Counted from the first letter of the stretch, positions 30,863 through 41,461 are shown. The stretch is 64,000 nt of DNA from Nitrospirota bacterium (GCA_963754875.1 CAVWHO010000014.1:64001-128000), one strand, 5' to 3'. A program made the numbers and translations. The notes: a model not told the origin generated them from the sequence alone.

Positions 30863-32053
30863 ATGAGAACTGTTTACCTTGATCACGCGGCAACTACACC
30901 GGTGCATCCGAAAGTGCTGGAAGCCATGCTGCCGTACTTTTCCAATAAGTTTGGGAACCCTTCTAACCTGCACGATATCGGCAGGGAAGCAAAGAACGCT
31001 GTCGAAGAAGCCCGGGAAAAAACCGCAGCGCTCATCGGCGCCAAGGCCGGGGAAATCTATTTTACTTCGAGCGGCGCCGAGTCGAACAACTTCGCACTCA
31101 AGGGGCTCGCCCAGGCGAACAGCCAGAAGGGCAAACACATCATCCTCTCGCAGATCGAGCATTTTTCCCTTCTCCATCCGGCGAAGACGCTCGAAAAGTC
31201 TGGCTTTACGGTCACCTATCTTCCCACGGACAACAAGGGGCTGGTGAACCCTGACGACGTTGCCAAGGCGATCACCAAGGACACGATTCTCGTGTCGATC
31301 ATGCACGCGAACAACGAGATCGGCACGATTGAGCCGATCGAAGCGATAGCAAAGATCACCAAGGAAAAAGGGGTACTGTTCCACACCGATGCGGTCGCAA
31401 CGACCGGTTGGGTCCCGGTCAACGTCGAAGCGCTGGGCGTTGACGCGCTCTCGCTCTCGGGACACCAGTTCTACGGACCCAAGGGCGCTGCAGCACTCTA
31501 TGTGCGCAAGGGCGTCAGGATCAAGCCGCTGATCGAGGGCGGCATCCAGGAAGACGACAGGCGCGCGGGAACGGAAAATGTCCCGGCTTTGGTTGGTCTG
31601 GGCAAGGCTGCCGAGCTTGCGGCTGCGGAGGTCCAAAACCGCATGATGTATACTTCACAGCTCCGGGACAAGTTGCAGAAAGGGCTCCTGGAGCGAATCG
31701 ACGATATGGTCATCAATGGGCACCCGGAACGCAGGTTGCCGCACAATCTCAACGTTTCCTTCTGGTATGTGGAAGGGGAATCGATGCTCCTTTTCCTGAA
31801 TATGGAGGGAATTTCCGTATCAAGCGGGTCGGCCTGCACCTCGCGGTCGCTGAAATCGTCCCACGTCCTCACGTGCATCGGGACCGATGCCGCAGTTGCA
31901 AATGGAACGCTGCTCATGACGCTCGGGACGGGCACGAGCGCCGAGGACATCGACTACGTGCTCGAGAAGCTGCCGCCCATCGTCCAGCGCCTGCGGGAGA
32001 TGTCCCCACTGTATGAAGACATGATGAAAAAGAAACAGGCAGCAGCACGGTGA
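30863..32053 (+). CDS. nifS: Cysteine desulfurase
   Basis: YLDHAATTP, MHANNEIG, RAGTEN, SSGSACTS and RLREMSPLY. Confidence 0.93.
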   Translation: MRTVYLDHAATTPVHPKVLEAMLPYFSNKFGNPSNLHDIGREAKNAVEEAREKTAALIGAKAGEIYFTSSGAESNNFALKGLAQANSQKGKHIILSQIEHFSLLHPAKTLEKSGFTVTYLPTDNKGLVNPDDVAKAITKDTILVSIMHANNEIGTIEPIEAIAKITKEKGVLFHTDAVATTGWVPVNVEALGVDALSLSGHQFYGPKGAAALYVRKGVRIKPLIEGGIQEDDRRAGTENVPALVGLGKAAELAAAEVQNRMMYTSQLRDKLQKGLLERIDDMVINGHPERRLPHNLNVSFWYVEGESMLLFLNMEGISVSSGSACTSRSLKSSHVLTCIGTDAAVANGTLLMTLGTGTSAEDIDYVLEKLPPIVQRLREMSPLYEDMMKKKQAAAR

Positions 32054-32124
32054 GCTGTGCCGAACGAGCTCCCTGCACTACAACTAATTACGACTAACCG
32101 TCTTCGACGAATTTCAAGGAGGAA

Positions 32125-32556
32125 ATGATGGAACAGTACAGCTCAAAAGTGATGGACCATTTTGCTCATCCCCATAACGTGGGAGAGATCGAGAATGCCG
32201 ACGGCGTCGGCACGGTGGGGAACCCTGTGTGCGGCGACGTGATGCGCCTGTATATAAAGGTGGAAGGCAACGTCATCACCGATGCTAAATTCAAGACCTT
32301 CGGGTGCGGTGCGGCAATTGCCACGAGCAGCATGGTGACCGACCTGGTGAAGGGCAAGAGCATCGACGAGGCGCTTAAAATTTCGAACGCTGCAGTTGCC
32401 GAGGCGCTCGGCGGACTGCCGAAGGTGAAGATGCACTGCTCGGTGCTGGCAGAAGAGGCGCTCAAGTCCGCGCTCGATGATTACTACAAGAAAAAAGGGA
32501 TTCCTTCGCCGGTGAAGATCTCCGCTGAATCAGGACACGAACACGAGATGGAGTAG
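32125..32556 (+). CDS. nifU: Fe-S cluster scaffold (IscU / NifU N-terminal domain only)
   Basis: GNPVCGD, FKTFGCGAAIA and KMHCSVLA. Confidence 0.92.
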   Translation: MMEQYSSKVMDHFAHPHNVGEIENADGVGTVGNPVCGDVMRLYIKVEGNVITDAKFKTFGCGAAIATSSMVTDLVKGKSIDEALKISNAAVAEALGGLPKVKMHCSVLAEEALKSALDDYYKKKGIPSPVKISAESGHEHEME

Positions 32557-32642
32557 GGGATTAATCTGCCACGGATTCATGGATACGATTGCAGTCGATT
32601 CGCGGTTCCGCAATTTCTATCCGTGGAAAAGAACTTTCTTAT

Positions 32643-32885
32643 ATGGATATCAAGGACATCAAACCCGATGAAGTTCTGGACAGTGTCGGCCTGGCCTGTC
32701 CGATGCCGATCTTCAAGACCTCGAACAAGATGAAAGAGCTGTCTTCCGGCCAGATCCTCGAAGTGCAGTCCGACGATGACGGCATAGTCAAGGACATGCC
32801 CGCTTGGTGCAGGCTGACCGGCAATGAATATCTCGGCCTCGTCAAGGAGAATGGGGAGTATCACGTCTACGTTCGCAAGAAGTAA
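32643..32885 (+). CDS. tusA: TusA/SirA-family sulfurtransferase
   Basis: LDSVGLACPMP and DMPAWC. Confidence 0.88.
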   Translation: MDIKDIKPDEVLDSVGLACPMPIFKTSNKMKELSSGQILEVQSDDDGIVKDMPAWCRLTGNEYLGLVKENGEYHVYVRKK

Positions 32886-32998
32886 AGCTGCTCCTTCCCG
32901 CTCTCAAGTGAACCGGTACTCGCCACCAACTTAAAAAAACCTTTCCCTAAAAAAAGAACTAAACTGCAGCAACGCTCCCGAGGTTTCCCCGTTTCCGT

Positions 32999-33027
32999 TT
33001 GACAACACCAGGGGGATAGTTTATTAT
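32999..33027 (+). promoter_or_regulatory. Sigma-70-type promoter
   Basis: TTGACA-17 nt-TATTAT upstream of the yhaM-like gene. Confidence 0.6.
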
Positions 33028-33053
33028 CCATTTCGTTAGACGAGAGGAGCACG

Positions 33054-34130
33054 ATGCAGACCATAGTATCCCTGAAGGAAGGCGATTGGGTTGAAGAAGT
33101 TTATCTCGTCACGTCAAAGCAGGTTTCGACGGCAAAGAACGGCGTGACCTACCTTTCCCTCAAACTCGCAGATAAGACCGGAGAAATCGACGGGAGACTG
33201 TGGGACAACGCCGATGAAGTGGCTGGGAAATTCGAACGGGAAGATTTTGTCCGCATCAAAGGGATGACGTCGAACTACCAGGGTTCGCTGCAGATCAAGA
33301 TGAAGACCCTGGAAAAGGTCGACGACAGCAGGGTGGATATTGCCAACTTTCTCGAATGTTCGCCGCGCAATCCCGACGAGATGGTGGCGGAGCTGAAGGC
33401 GATTGCAGCGTCATTGTCCAACAGCTACCTCCGGCAGCTCATGAACGCTTTTCTGAACGACGAGCCGTTCATGGTGATGTTCAGGCGCACGCCGGCGGCC
33501 AAGACGCTGCATCATAATTATATCGGCGGCCTGCTTGAACACATAGTCGAGCTGATCGCGCTCAGCCGGGACGTGGCAAAGCACTTTCCGTCAATCGACA
33601 AAGACCTCCTGAGCGTGGGCGCGTTCCTGCATGACATCGGCAAGGTCCGCGAACTAGCCGTGAGAAAATCGATCGAGTACACCACCGAGGGACGGCTCAT
33701 CGGCCATATTTCCCTCGGGTACGAGATGATCGTCGAGAAGATCAAAGCCATTCCCGGATTTCCTGTGGAACTGACTATGCTGCTCAAACACATCATGCTG
33801 TCTCACCACGGCGAGTACGAGTTCGGTTCTCCCAAACGGCCGAAGATTCAGGAAGCGATCGTCATCAATTACCTGGATGATCTCGCAGCAAAGATCAACA
33901 ACTTCCAGGCGACGCTCAAGAAAGAGCAGGTGGCGGAGGGCGAGTGGACAGGCTTCAGCAAAATGCATGACCGCTATCTCTACCGGCAGAGGGCATTTTC
34001 CGAAGCCGAAAGCGATCGAGACATTGGTCCTGAGAGGCTCGAAGAGGGAAGACCGCACAATCCCAAGGACAAAAAGACGCCGCCCGCGGCAGGACACAAT
34101 GTATCCGGTAAATTGCCGCTGGATATATAA
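33054..34130 (+). CDS. yhaM: OB-fold plus HD-domain 3'-5' exoribonuclease (YhaM-like)
   Basis: LADKTGEI, PAAKTLHHNYIGGLLEH, LHDIGK and SHHGEYEFGSP. Confidence 0.85.
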   Translation: MQTIVSLKEGDWVEEVYLVTSKQVSTAKNGVTYLSLKLADKTGEIDGRLWDNADEVAGKFEREDFVRIKGMTSNYQGSLQIKMKTLEKVDDSRVDIANFLECSPRNPDEMVAELKAIAASLSNSYLRQLMNAFLNDEPFMVMFRRTPAAKTLHHNYIGGLLEHIVELIALSRDVAKHFPSIDKDLLSVGAFLHDIGKVRELAVRKSIEYTTEGRLIGHISLGYEMIVEKIKAIPGFPVELTMLLKHIMLSHHGEYEFGSPKRPKIQEAIVINYLDDLAAKINNFQATLKKEQVAEGEWTGFSKMHDRYLYRQRAFSEAESDRDIGPERLEEGRPHNPKDKKTPPAAGHNVSGKLPLDI

Positions 34131-34189
34131 CGGCATTCGCTGAATGCCGAATTGAAATCTCCCATTTCCAATTCAGTTTGAGGTGTTCC

Positions 34190-35095
34190 ATGTTCGGCGT
34201 ACTCCGCAGCCTGAGCGAAGGGCTCGCTAAAACGAGGAAGAATTTAACCGATAGAATCGGAACACTGGTCCTCGGCGAAAAAATTGATGAAGCGTTCCTC
34301 GACGAGCTTGAAGAAGCGCTCATAGCTTCCGATGTCGGCGTCGAAACGGCCTCATTCGTGTTGAAGGACTTGAAAGAACGCTTCAAGCGCCAGGAACTGT
34401 CTTCATCTGCACAGGTGAAAGATCGGCTGAAGCAGGTCCTGTTCGAGATCCTGGCAGGTCGCTCTTCGCAACTGTCCATTGCCGCTTCACCCAGCGTCAT
34501 CCTTGTCGTGGGAGTGAACGGTACGGGCAAGACCACGTCGATCGGCAAGCTGGCATACCGCCTTCATGGAGAAGGGAAGAAGGTGATGCTTGCTGCCGGG
34601 GACACGTTTCGCGCTGCAGCCTCGGAGCAGCTCTCGATCTGGGGCGCGCGCACCGGCATTCCGGTGATTAAGCACCGCGAAGGCGCCGATCCGAGTGCAG
34701 TCGTGTTCGACGCGGTGACTGCGGCGAAGGCGCGGGAGATGGATGTGCTCATCGTGGACACGGCAGGCAGGCTGCATACAAAATCGAACCTCATGGAAGA
34801 GCTTAAAAAAGTGAAGCGCATTCTTTCCCGTGAACTGCCGGGGGCCCCGCAGGAAACGCTTCTTGTCCTCGACGGCAATACGGGCCAGAATGCTCTCGTG
34901 CAGGCGAAAATGTTCAACGAAACAGTAGGAGTGAGCGGCATCGTATTGACGAAGCTTGACGGGACATCGAAGGGCGGCATTGTCTTTGCCATCAACAAGG
35001 AACTTGGGATCCCGGTGAAGTTTGTGGGCATCGGCGAGGCCATGGAAGACCTGAGGAGCTTTGACCCGAAGGAGTTCGTGGACGCATTGCTGTAA
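34190..35095 (+). CDS. ftsY: SRP receptor FtsY
   Basis: GVNGTGKTT, DTFRAAA, DTAGR and TKLDGTSKGG. Confidence 0.96.
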   Translation: MFGVLRSLSEGLAKTRKNLTDRIGTLVLGEKIDEAFLDELEEALIASDVGVETASFVLKDLKERFKRQELSSSAQVKDRLKQVLFEILAGRSSQLSIAASPSVILVVGVNGTGKTTSIGKLAYRLHGEGKKVMLAAGDTFRAAASEQLSIWGARTGIPVIKHREGADPSAVVFDAVTAAKAREMDVLIVDTAGRLHTKSNLMEELKKVKRILSRELPGAPQETLLVLDGNTGQNALVQAKMFNETVGVSGIVLTKLDGTSKGGIVFAINKELGIPVKFVGIGEAMEDLRSFDPKEFVDALL

Positions 35096-35152
35096 GAGTA
35101 AAGGGTAGAGCGCAGAGGGTAAGTAATCGCTCTATCCTCTATGCGCTATGCT
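35095..35152. repeat. Intergenic heptamer array with inverted copies
   Basis: agagtaa-agggtag-agcgcag-agggtaa versus ctatcct-ctatgcg-ctatgct. Confidence 0.65.
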
Positions 35153-35197
35153 TTCTCCAGATCTTTGACGCTTTTAATGTTGTATGATGGAGTCATC

Positions 35198-35485
35198 ATG
35201 GAACGCGTGCAGGTCGAGATATACGGACAGGCCTACAACCTTAAGGGAGGAAACGATCCTGCCTATACGCGCGAACTGGCAGCATATGTAGACGGGAAAA
35301 TGAGGGAGATCGAGAAGGGAACGGGCACCGTTGATCCTCTTCGTGTAGCTATTTTGACCGCCCTCACCGTAGCCGATGAACTCAACCAAGAGCGAAAGCG
35401 ATGTGGTGACTTAGAAAATACGGCTGGTAGCGCGGTCAAACGCCTGATGGAACTTACGCAGGATGCCTCCGATGAGACGATATAG
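35198..35485 (+). CDS. zapA: Cell division protein ZapA
   Basis: VEIYGQAYNL...LAAYVDGKM...VAILTALTVADEL. Confidence 0.9.
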   Translation: MERVQVEIYGQAYNLKGGNDPAYTRELAAYVDGKMREIEKGTGTVDPLRVAILTALTVADELNQERKRCGDLENTAGSAVKRLMELTQDASDETI

Positions 35486-35651
35486 ATATATAGGAAGCCA
35501 GCGCGAGAAACATCATGTGCTTTAGCGGCGAGAGTACGACAACTATTAATTATTTCACGCAGGGATATTTTTAGGTATAGAGCACGCTGATAACACACCA
35601 AAACTAAATGATATTTTCTGTTCCTTATCCTCCTACCACCCATTTTTATCC

Positions 35652-35680
35652 TTGCCATTTTTAGTTGTTTCTGGTATATA
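35652..35680 (+). promoter_or_regulatory. Promoter for 6S RNA
   Basis: TTGCCA-17 nt-TATATA with an extended TG. Confidence 0.55.
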
Positions 35681-35705
35681 CTCTATAGGGTTAACGAATA
35701 AAAAC

Positions 35706-35883
35706 GTCCCCTGCTTTGCGCGTGATAGTTAAGTCTTGTTCCTCGTGAATAAAAAATAACGGGAGCTATCTTCGGGAAAGGGTGTGCATGCCCAGATAGG
35801 ACTGGGAAGCCTAAACTTTCCTACATGGCGCCCACCTGGTCATACCAGGAAACAAGTCTATCTGCACGGCAAAAGCGGGGGAT
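35706..35883 (+). ncRNA. ssrS: 6S RNA
   Basis: About 180 nt; the 5' end (tcccctgctttgcgcgtgatag) pairs with the 3' end (ctatctgcacggcaaaagcggggga); A-rich central bubble; canonical position after zapA. Confidence 0.85.
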
Positions 35884-36117
35884 TTTTAATATTTTGACGT
35901 TTAGGTATCATGCTCGTATCATAATCATCAATTTTTAAAATTGTGTATCGACACAAGTTTGAAAGGAGCGGGAAGCATGGCTCCGGCGCTTGTGATAGAT
36001 GGTGCAATGTGTCGGCAATGTCCCTGAGGAAGAGACAAAGAATACTAATCCTATAATGATTCTCCCTTGAGGACCGTACAAGGATTGTTTTACCAGCACT
36101 GTAACACTCTGAGATTA

Positions 36118-36290
36118 TGGGGTTTATTATTTATACATATACACGCCGAACGGTAACACCGGGAATTGATGTTCCGGAGACCAGGTTTACAACGGTCTTT
36201 CGAGAGAGCCGTGCTTCGCTATCTCCTGGAATATCAAGATGTTCCCAGATGTTCGTCAACACCCCAGGATCCTCAGGAAACTGAGCTGGT
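36118..36290 (+). ncRNA. Candidate structured RNA or leader upstream of rarA-rny
   Basis: Long stem 36161-36180/36222-36246, GAGA-capped inner hairpin, second hairpin ctcag-GAAA-ctgag. Confidence 0.45.
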
Positions 36291-36351
36291 CAAAGCCGTC
36301 AGCCGTCTTCCAATCTATCGCTAGCCCCGTAAGCCCTCCTGAAGCACAACG

Positions 36352-37695
36352 TTGGGTCTGAAGAACCTCAAAAAACAACCACAGCTTGATGCTCTCGCTG
36401 TTGAGCCATCGGAACCGCCTCTTGCCTGGAGAATGCGGCCCCGCGACCTGTCAGAGTTCGCAGGGCAAAAACATATTCTCGGCGAGGGCAAACTCCTTCG
36501 GAGGGCCATCGAGACTGACCGTTTCATGTCGCTCATCCTCTACGGTCCTCCGGGAGTCGGTAAAACCGCGCTTGCGCATCTGATCGCCGAGAGAAGCAGC
36601 GCTCATTTTCTGTCGCTGAATGCAGTTACGGCTGGTGTTGCCGATATCCGGAAAGTGACCCAGGAGGCAGCGCTGGAACGGGGCCAAAGCGGCAAGCGGA
36701 CCGTGCTCTTCATCGACGAGATCCATCGCTTTACACGCGTCCAGCAGGACGCGCTTTTGCCTGATGTGGAGCGTGGCAACATCACCCTCATCGGCGCCTC
36801 GACCTCGAACCCTTTTTTTGCGATCATCCCCGCGCTTTCTTCCCGTTCGCAGATTTTCGAATTCAAGCCGCTCGGAAACGAAGACATCAAGTCCCTCCTC
36901 CTCCGTGCGCTTTCCGATAAGGAACGAGGCCTCGGAAAACTTTCGATAACATTGACGCCGGAAGCACTGGAGCTGATCGTTGCAAAGTCAAACGGGGACG
37001 CGCGGCGGGCGCTGAATGCTTTGGAACTGGGCGCGCTGTCAACCGCCCCGCTTCCCGATGGAACGATCCTGTACGATCTGCAAGCAGCCGAGGAGTCCAT
37101 TCAGAAGAAGGCGCTCGTTTATGACGAGGACGAACATTACGACACCATTTCCGCGTTCATCAAAAGCATGCGCGGCAGCGATCCTGATGCAACGCTCTAC
37201 TGGATGGCGAAGATGATTTACGCCGGCGAGGACCCTTTGTTCATCGCCCGCAGGATTGTCATCGCTGCGAGCGAGGACGTGGGGAATGCCGACCCGCGGG
37301 CGTTGTTTGTCGCCGTTTCCGCGTACCAGGCAGTGGAGCGGATAGGCATGCCCGAGGGCCAACTGCCCCTGGCGCAGGCCGCCGTGTACGTCGCATCGGC
37401 GCCCAAGAGCAATGCATCCTACCTCGGGATCAAGGCAGCGATGAAGGACGTGGAGGAGGGGAACCTTCTGCCGGTACCTGACCACCTGAAGGACGCACAC
37501 TACAAAGGCGCCGTACGGCTTGGCAGAGGCAAAGGCTACAAATATCCGCATGATTTCCCGGGCCACTATACGGCCCAGGATTACCTCCCGCAGAAGCGGG
37601 AGTATTACCGTCCCACGGAACAGGGCGAGGAAAAGCGAATCAAGGAGCGCCTCGCCGGACTGAGGAAGAGATTCCAGGAGGAAAAGAATGATTGA
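36352..37695 (+). CDS. rarA: Replication-associated recombination protein A (MgsA)
   Basis: [38 protein letters not shown] and [10 protein letters not shown]. Confidence 0.95.
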   Translation: MGLKNLKKQPQLDALAVEPSEPPLAWRMRPRDLSEFAGQKHILGEGKLLRRAIETDRFMSLILYGPPGVGKTALAHLIAERSSAHFLSLNAVTAGVADIRKVTQEAALERGQSGKRTVLFIDEIHRFTRVQQDALLPDVERGNITLIGASTSNPFFAIIPALSSRSQIFEFKPLGNEDIKSLLLRALSDKERGLGKLSITLTPEALELIVAKSNGDARRALNALELGALSTAPLPDGTILYDLQAAEESIQKKALVYDEDEHYDTISAFIKSMRGSDPDATLYWMAKMIYAGEDPLFIARRIVIAASEDVGNADPRALFVAVSAYQAVERIGMPEGQLPLAQAAVYVASAPKSNASYLGIKAAMKDVEEGNLLPVPDHLKDAHYKGAVRLGRGKGYKYPHDFPGHYTAQDYLPQKREYYRPTEQGEEKRIKERLAGLRKRFQEEKND

Positions 37696-39244
37696 ATATA
37701 TTGTGCTGCTGATCGTAGGGCTTGCCGTCGGACTCGGCGCCGGCCTGCTGATCAAAAGTAAGTCGGCTGCAGGCAAGATCAAGGACGCGGAAGCAGAAGC
37801 GGCCCGCATCATCGCCAATGCCGAGCGCGAAGCAGAGACCAAACGCAAGGAGTCCGTACTCGAGGCAAAGGACAAGTTCTACCAGGCGCGGGCAGACTTC
37901 GAAAAAGAGACCCGCGAAAAGCGGCAGGAACTTCAGAACCAGGAACGCCGGCTCACCCAGAAGGAAGAGAGCCTCGAAAAGAAGATGGACCTGATCGAAA
38001 AGCGGGAGGGGGACGCGGTGCGCCGCGAACGCGAACTCTCTGCGCGCGAAAAGGTAGCGATTGAAAAAGAGGAACGCTTCGACAAGGGCCTGCGCGAACA
38101 GCGCGAAATGCTCGAGAAGATCGCGAACATGACGGCTGAGGAGGCCAAGCGCCAGCTCATGCTTTCCATGGAGGACGAGGCGAAGTTCGAGGCGGCCAAG
38201 TCCATCAAGCGGATCGAGGACGAAGCAAAGGAAGAAGCGGACAAGAAGTCCAAGAACATCATCAGCCTGGCGATCCAGCGGTACGCCAGCGACTACGTGG
38301 CTGAAGCAACGGTCTCGGTCGTGAACCTTCCGAACGACGAGATGAAGGGGCGCATCATCGGGCGGGAGGGCCGGAACATACGTGCCATCGAAGCCGCAAC
38401 CGGCATCGATCTGATCATCGACGATACGCCAGAAGCGGTTATCCTGTCCTGCTACGATCCGCTCCGGCGCGAGATCGCCCGCATGACCATAGAACGTTTG
38501 ATGCAGGACGGACGCATCCATCCTGCCAGGATCGAAGAGATCGCCGAAAAAGTGAAGAAGGACCTCGACATTGCCATGAAAGACGAGGGCGAGAAGGCGG
38601 CCTTCGATCTGGGGCTTCATAACATCCACCCCGAGATCATCAAGCTCCTGGGAAGGCTCAGGTTCCGGACGAGCTACGGCCAAAACGTGCTCATGCATTC
38701 CCGCGAGGTTGCGTACTTTGCGGGTATCATGGCGGCGGAATGCGGCGTGGACCAGAAACTCGCGCGCAGGGCAGGCCTGCTGCACGACCTGGGCAAGGCT
38801 GTCGACCACGAGGTGGAGGGGACCCATCCGCAACTCGGCGGCGACCTTGCCAAGAAGTACGGCGAGAACCCCAAGGTGATCAACGCGATCATGACCCACC
38901 ACGGAGACGGCGAGCCGAATTGCGTCGAGTCCGTGCTGGTCGCGGCCGCGGATGCGCTCTCGGCAGGCAGGCCCGGCGTGCGGCGTGAGACGCTCGAAAG
39001 CTACCTCAAGAGGCTGGAGCAGCTCGAAACAGCGGCAAATTCCTTCAAGGGAGTCGAGAAGTCCTATGCCATCCAGGCGGGCCGCGAGATCCGGATCATT
39101 GTGAAGCCTGAAGACCTTTCGGACGCCCACTCGGCCCAGCTTTCACGTGATATCGCCAAGAAGATCGAGACCGAGATGTCCTATCCCGGCCAGATCAAGG
39201 TGACCGTGGTTCGCGAGAGCAGGTACGTGGAGTTCGCGAAGTAG
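37688..39244 (+). CDS. rny: Ribonuclease Y
   Basis: N-terminal TM, coiled coil, KH domain ([13 protein letters not shown]) and HD domain (LLHDLGK). Confidence 0.97.
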   Translation: MIEYIVLLIVGLAVGLGAGLLIKSKSAAGKIKDAEAEAARIIANAEREAETKRKESVLEAKDKFYQARADFEKETREKRQELQNQERRLTQKEESLEKKMDLIEKREGDAVRRERELSAREKVAIEKEERFDKGLREQREMLEKIANMTAEEAKRQLMLSMEDEAKFEAAKSIKRIEDEAKEEADKKSKNIISLAIQRYASDYVAEATVSVVNLPNDEMKGRIIGREGRNIRAIEAATGIDLIIDDTPEAVILSCYDPLRREIARMTIERLMQDGRIHPARIEEIAEKVKKDLDIAMKDEGEKAAFDLGLHNIHPEIIKLLGRLRFRTSYGQNVLMHSREVAYFAGIMAAECGVDQKLARRAGLLHDLGKAVDHEVEGTHPQLGGDLAKKYGENPKVINAIMTHHGDGEPNCVESVLVAAADALSAGRPGVRRETLESYLKRLEQLETAANSFKGVEKSYAIQAGREIRIIVKPEDLSDAHSAQLSRDIAKKIETEMSYPGQIKVTVVRESRYVEFAK

Positions 39245-39253
39245 ATATTTCGA

Positions 39254-39329
39254 GAAGCCAGGAGACTGGAGTCAGTATCCAGAAGAGTTTCAGCCCCTTC
39301 TGGGCTTCCGGCTCCTGACTTCTGAATAC
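39254..39329. repeat. Intergenic heptamer array (GGAGTCA/TGACTTC family) with inverted copies
   Basis: gaagcca-ggagact-ggagtca-gtatcca versus gggcttc-cggctcc-tgacttc-tgaatac. Confidence 0.7.
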
Positions 39330-39340
39330 CTGGGGGAGTA

Positions 39341-40117
39341 TTGAAGGTCCTATTCATCGGCGATATCATCGGCGAGCCGGGCAGAAAAATGGTCCGCGCA
39401 AACATACGCACGCTCCTGGAAAGCCATGCACCCGATCTCGTGATCGCCAACGGAGAGAATTCCGCCGGCGGTTTCGGCATCACCTCTGAGATCGCCGAGG
39501 AGTTGTTTTCTCTCGGGATCCATGTGCTGACCTCGGGCAACCATGTGTGGGACAAAAAGGAGATAGAACCCTACCTGACCAAACAGGACCGGCTCATCAG
39601 GCCTGCAAATTATCCTTCGGGAAACCCGGGTTACGGAAGCGTTGTCATTTCCACGAAGGCAGGGAAAGCCGCAGTATTGAACCTCGAAGGCAGGGTCTTC
39701 ATGTCCAACCTCGAAGACCCCTTCCGTGTTGCCGAGCGCGAAATTGAAAAACTAAAGAAAGAAACACCCGTCGTGATCATCGACTTTCATGCCGAAGCCA
39801 CATCCGAGAAAGTCGCTCTCGCCTGGCATGTGGACGGCAAGGCGAGCGCGGTGATCGGGACCCATACCCATGTACAGACCGCGGACGAGCGCATCTTGAG
39901 CGCAGGCACTGCCTTCATCACCGATGCGGGGATGACCGGGCCCACGGACTCGGTGATCGGCGTCAAAAAAGAGCAGGCCATAGCGCGATTCCTCTACCAG
40001 ACACCGCACCGGTTCGAGATCCCTAAAGGGCCGGTCCATTTGAACGCGGTGCTCCTCGATATTGAAGAAAAAACAGGAAAGGCGAGAGGGATCGAGCGAA
40101 TACAGATAAAATCGTAA
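39341..40117 (+). CDS. ymdB: YmdB-family metallophosphoesterase
   Basis: GDIIGEPG, NGEN, GNH, DFHAEATSEK and GTHTHV. Confidence 0.93.
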   Translation: MKVLFIGDIIGEPGRKMVRANIRTLLESHAPDLVIANGENSAGGFGITSEIAEELFSLGIHVLTSGNHVWDKKEIEPYLTKQDRLIRPANYPSGNPGYGSVVISTKAGKAAVLNLEGRVFMSNLEDPFRVAEREIEKLKKETPVVIIDFHAEATSEKVALAWHVDGKASAVIGTHTHVQTADERILSAGTAFITDAGMTGPTDSVIGVKKEQAIARFLYQTPHRFEIPKGPVHLNAVLLDIEEKTGKARGIERIQIKS

Positions 40118-40129
40118 CTGTCCGGGAGC

Positions 40130-41350
40130 ATGGGCCACGTGTCTAGTACGACTCACATCTTAACCGTAACACAGCTTACCTCGCACATCAAGAGCCTGTT
40201 GGAAGGCTCTTTCCCCGATGTCTGGGTCGAAGGCGAACTATCGAACCTCAGCGTCCCTCAGTCCGGTCATGCCTATTTCACCCTCAAAGATCAGCAGAGC
40301 CAGATCAGGGCGGTCTTGTTCCGTTCTTCCCATCGCTTTCTCAAGTTCACGCTCGAACACGGCATGCACGTGATCTGCCGCGGACGCGTGAGCGTGTACG
40401 AACCGCGCGGCGAGTACCAGCTTATCCTCGATTATGTCGAACCCAAGGGCGTCGGCGCGCTCCAACTGGCTTTCGAACAGCTCAAGGACCGTCTTGAAAA
40501 AGAGGGGCTCTTCGACCTGGACCGCAAGAAACCGCTGCCGGTCCTTCCGCAACGCATCGGAATCATTACGTCGCCGAGCGGTGCTGCCATCCGCGACATG
40601 TTGCGGGTGATAAAACGGCGGCATCCCAAAATGCAGATCCTTATCTATCCCGTGCCGGTACAGGGCGTTGAGGCGGCTCCCGCTCTGGTAGAAGCGCTAC
40701 GTTATTTTAACCGTGAGCAGAATGTGGACGTCCTTATCGTCGGCCGCGGCGGAGGGTCGCTTGAGGACCTCTGGGCCTTTAATGAAGAAGCGGTGGCCCG
40801 CGCGATCTATGCATCGAAACTTCCGGTCATCTCCGCAGTCGGGCATGAGACTGATTATACGATCTCCGATTTCGTTGCCGACCTGCGGGCGCCGACGCCG
40901 TCGGCTGCCGCCGAGATGGTGGTAGAGAGCGAAGAAAATTTTCGGGTGAGTATTGGCACACTCGAGTCGCGGCTCGTCAGAAGTATGAAGCAGCTGCTTG
41001 AGCAGGTGCGTTCCTCAGTCCGCGAAAACATGCGCATTCTGGGAGATCCCCGCAGAGGATTGGAGCAGTTCAGCCAGCGGCTCGATGATCTGGTTCACCG
41101 CATGGCGATGGAGATCGGTCACCGGGTGCGCAGGGACAGGGCGCGGCTCACGGCACTTACTGCGGGTCTGGACCACCTGAACCCGCTCGCTATTCTTGCA
41201 CGGGGCTACAGTATTACCCGGAACCATCCATCGGGAACGGTCCTGAAAGACGCTGCCGAGGTCAAACGCGGGGATTACCTCAGCACGAAACTGCACAATG
41301 GTATTGTGTTTTCACGCGTAGAAAAAACGGAGAACGACAGGAGTAGTTGA
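40130..41350 (+). CDS. xseA: Exodeoxyribonuclease VII large subunit
   Basis: SGHAYFTLKD, GRGGGSLEDLWAFN, SAVGHETD and RAPTPSAAAE. Confidence 0.96.
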   Translation: MGHVSSTTHILTVTQLTSHIKSLLEGSFPDVWVEGELSNLSVPQSGHAYFTLKDQQSQIRAVLFRSSHRFLKFTLEHGMHVICRGRVSVYEPRGEYQLILDYVEPKGVGALQLAFEQLKDRLEKEGLFDLDRKKPLPVLPQRIGIITSPSGAAIRDMLRVIKRRHPKMQILIYPVPVQGVEAAPALVEALRYFNREQNVDVLIVGRGGGSLEDLWAFNEEAVARAIYASKLPVISAVGHETDYTISDFVADLRAPTPSAAAEMVVESEENFRVSIGTLESRLVRSMKQLLEQVRSSVRENMRILGDPRRGLEQFSQRLDDLVHRMAMEIGHRVRRDRARLTALTAGLDHLNPLAILARGYSITRNHPSGTVLKDAAEVKRGDYLSTKLHNGIVFSRVEKTENDRSS

Positions 41351-41461
41351 AACAACGCACTACTCTGCCCCGGAGGCGGTGAACAATAATGTGTTCGCAT
41401 GGTGCAGAGGCTGACAAAATATCTTTGACACAGCATTATTTTTGAGATACTCTGTACTACG

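Noticed and set aside
35977..36027. 16-codon ORF MAPALVIDGAMCRQCP-TGA with an AAAGGAG RBS
   Set aside because: It is too short to support; UGA readthrough adds only six residues and no SECIS-like hairpin is evident
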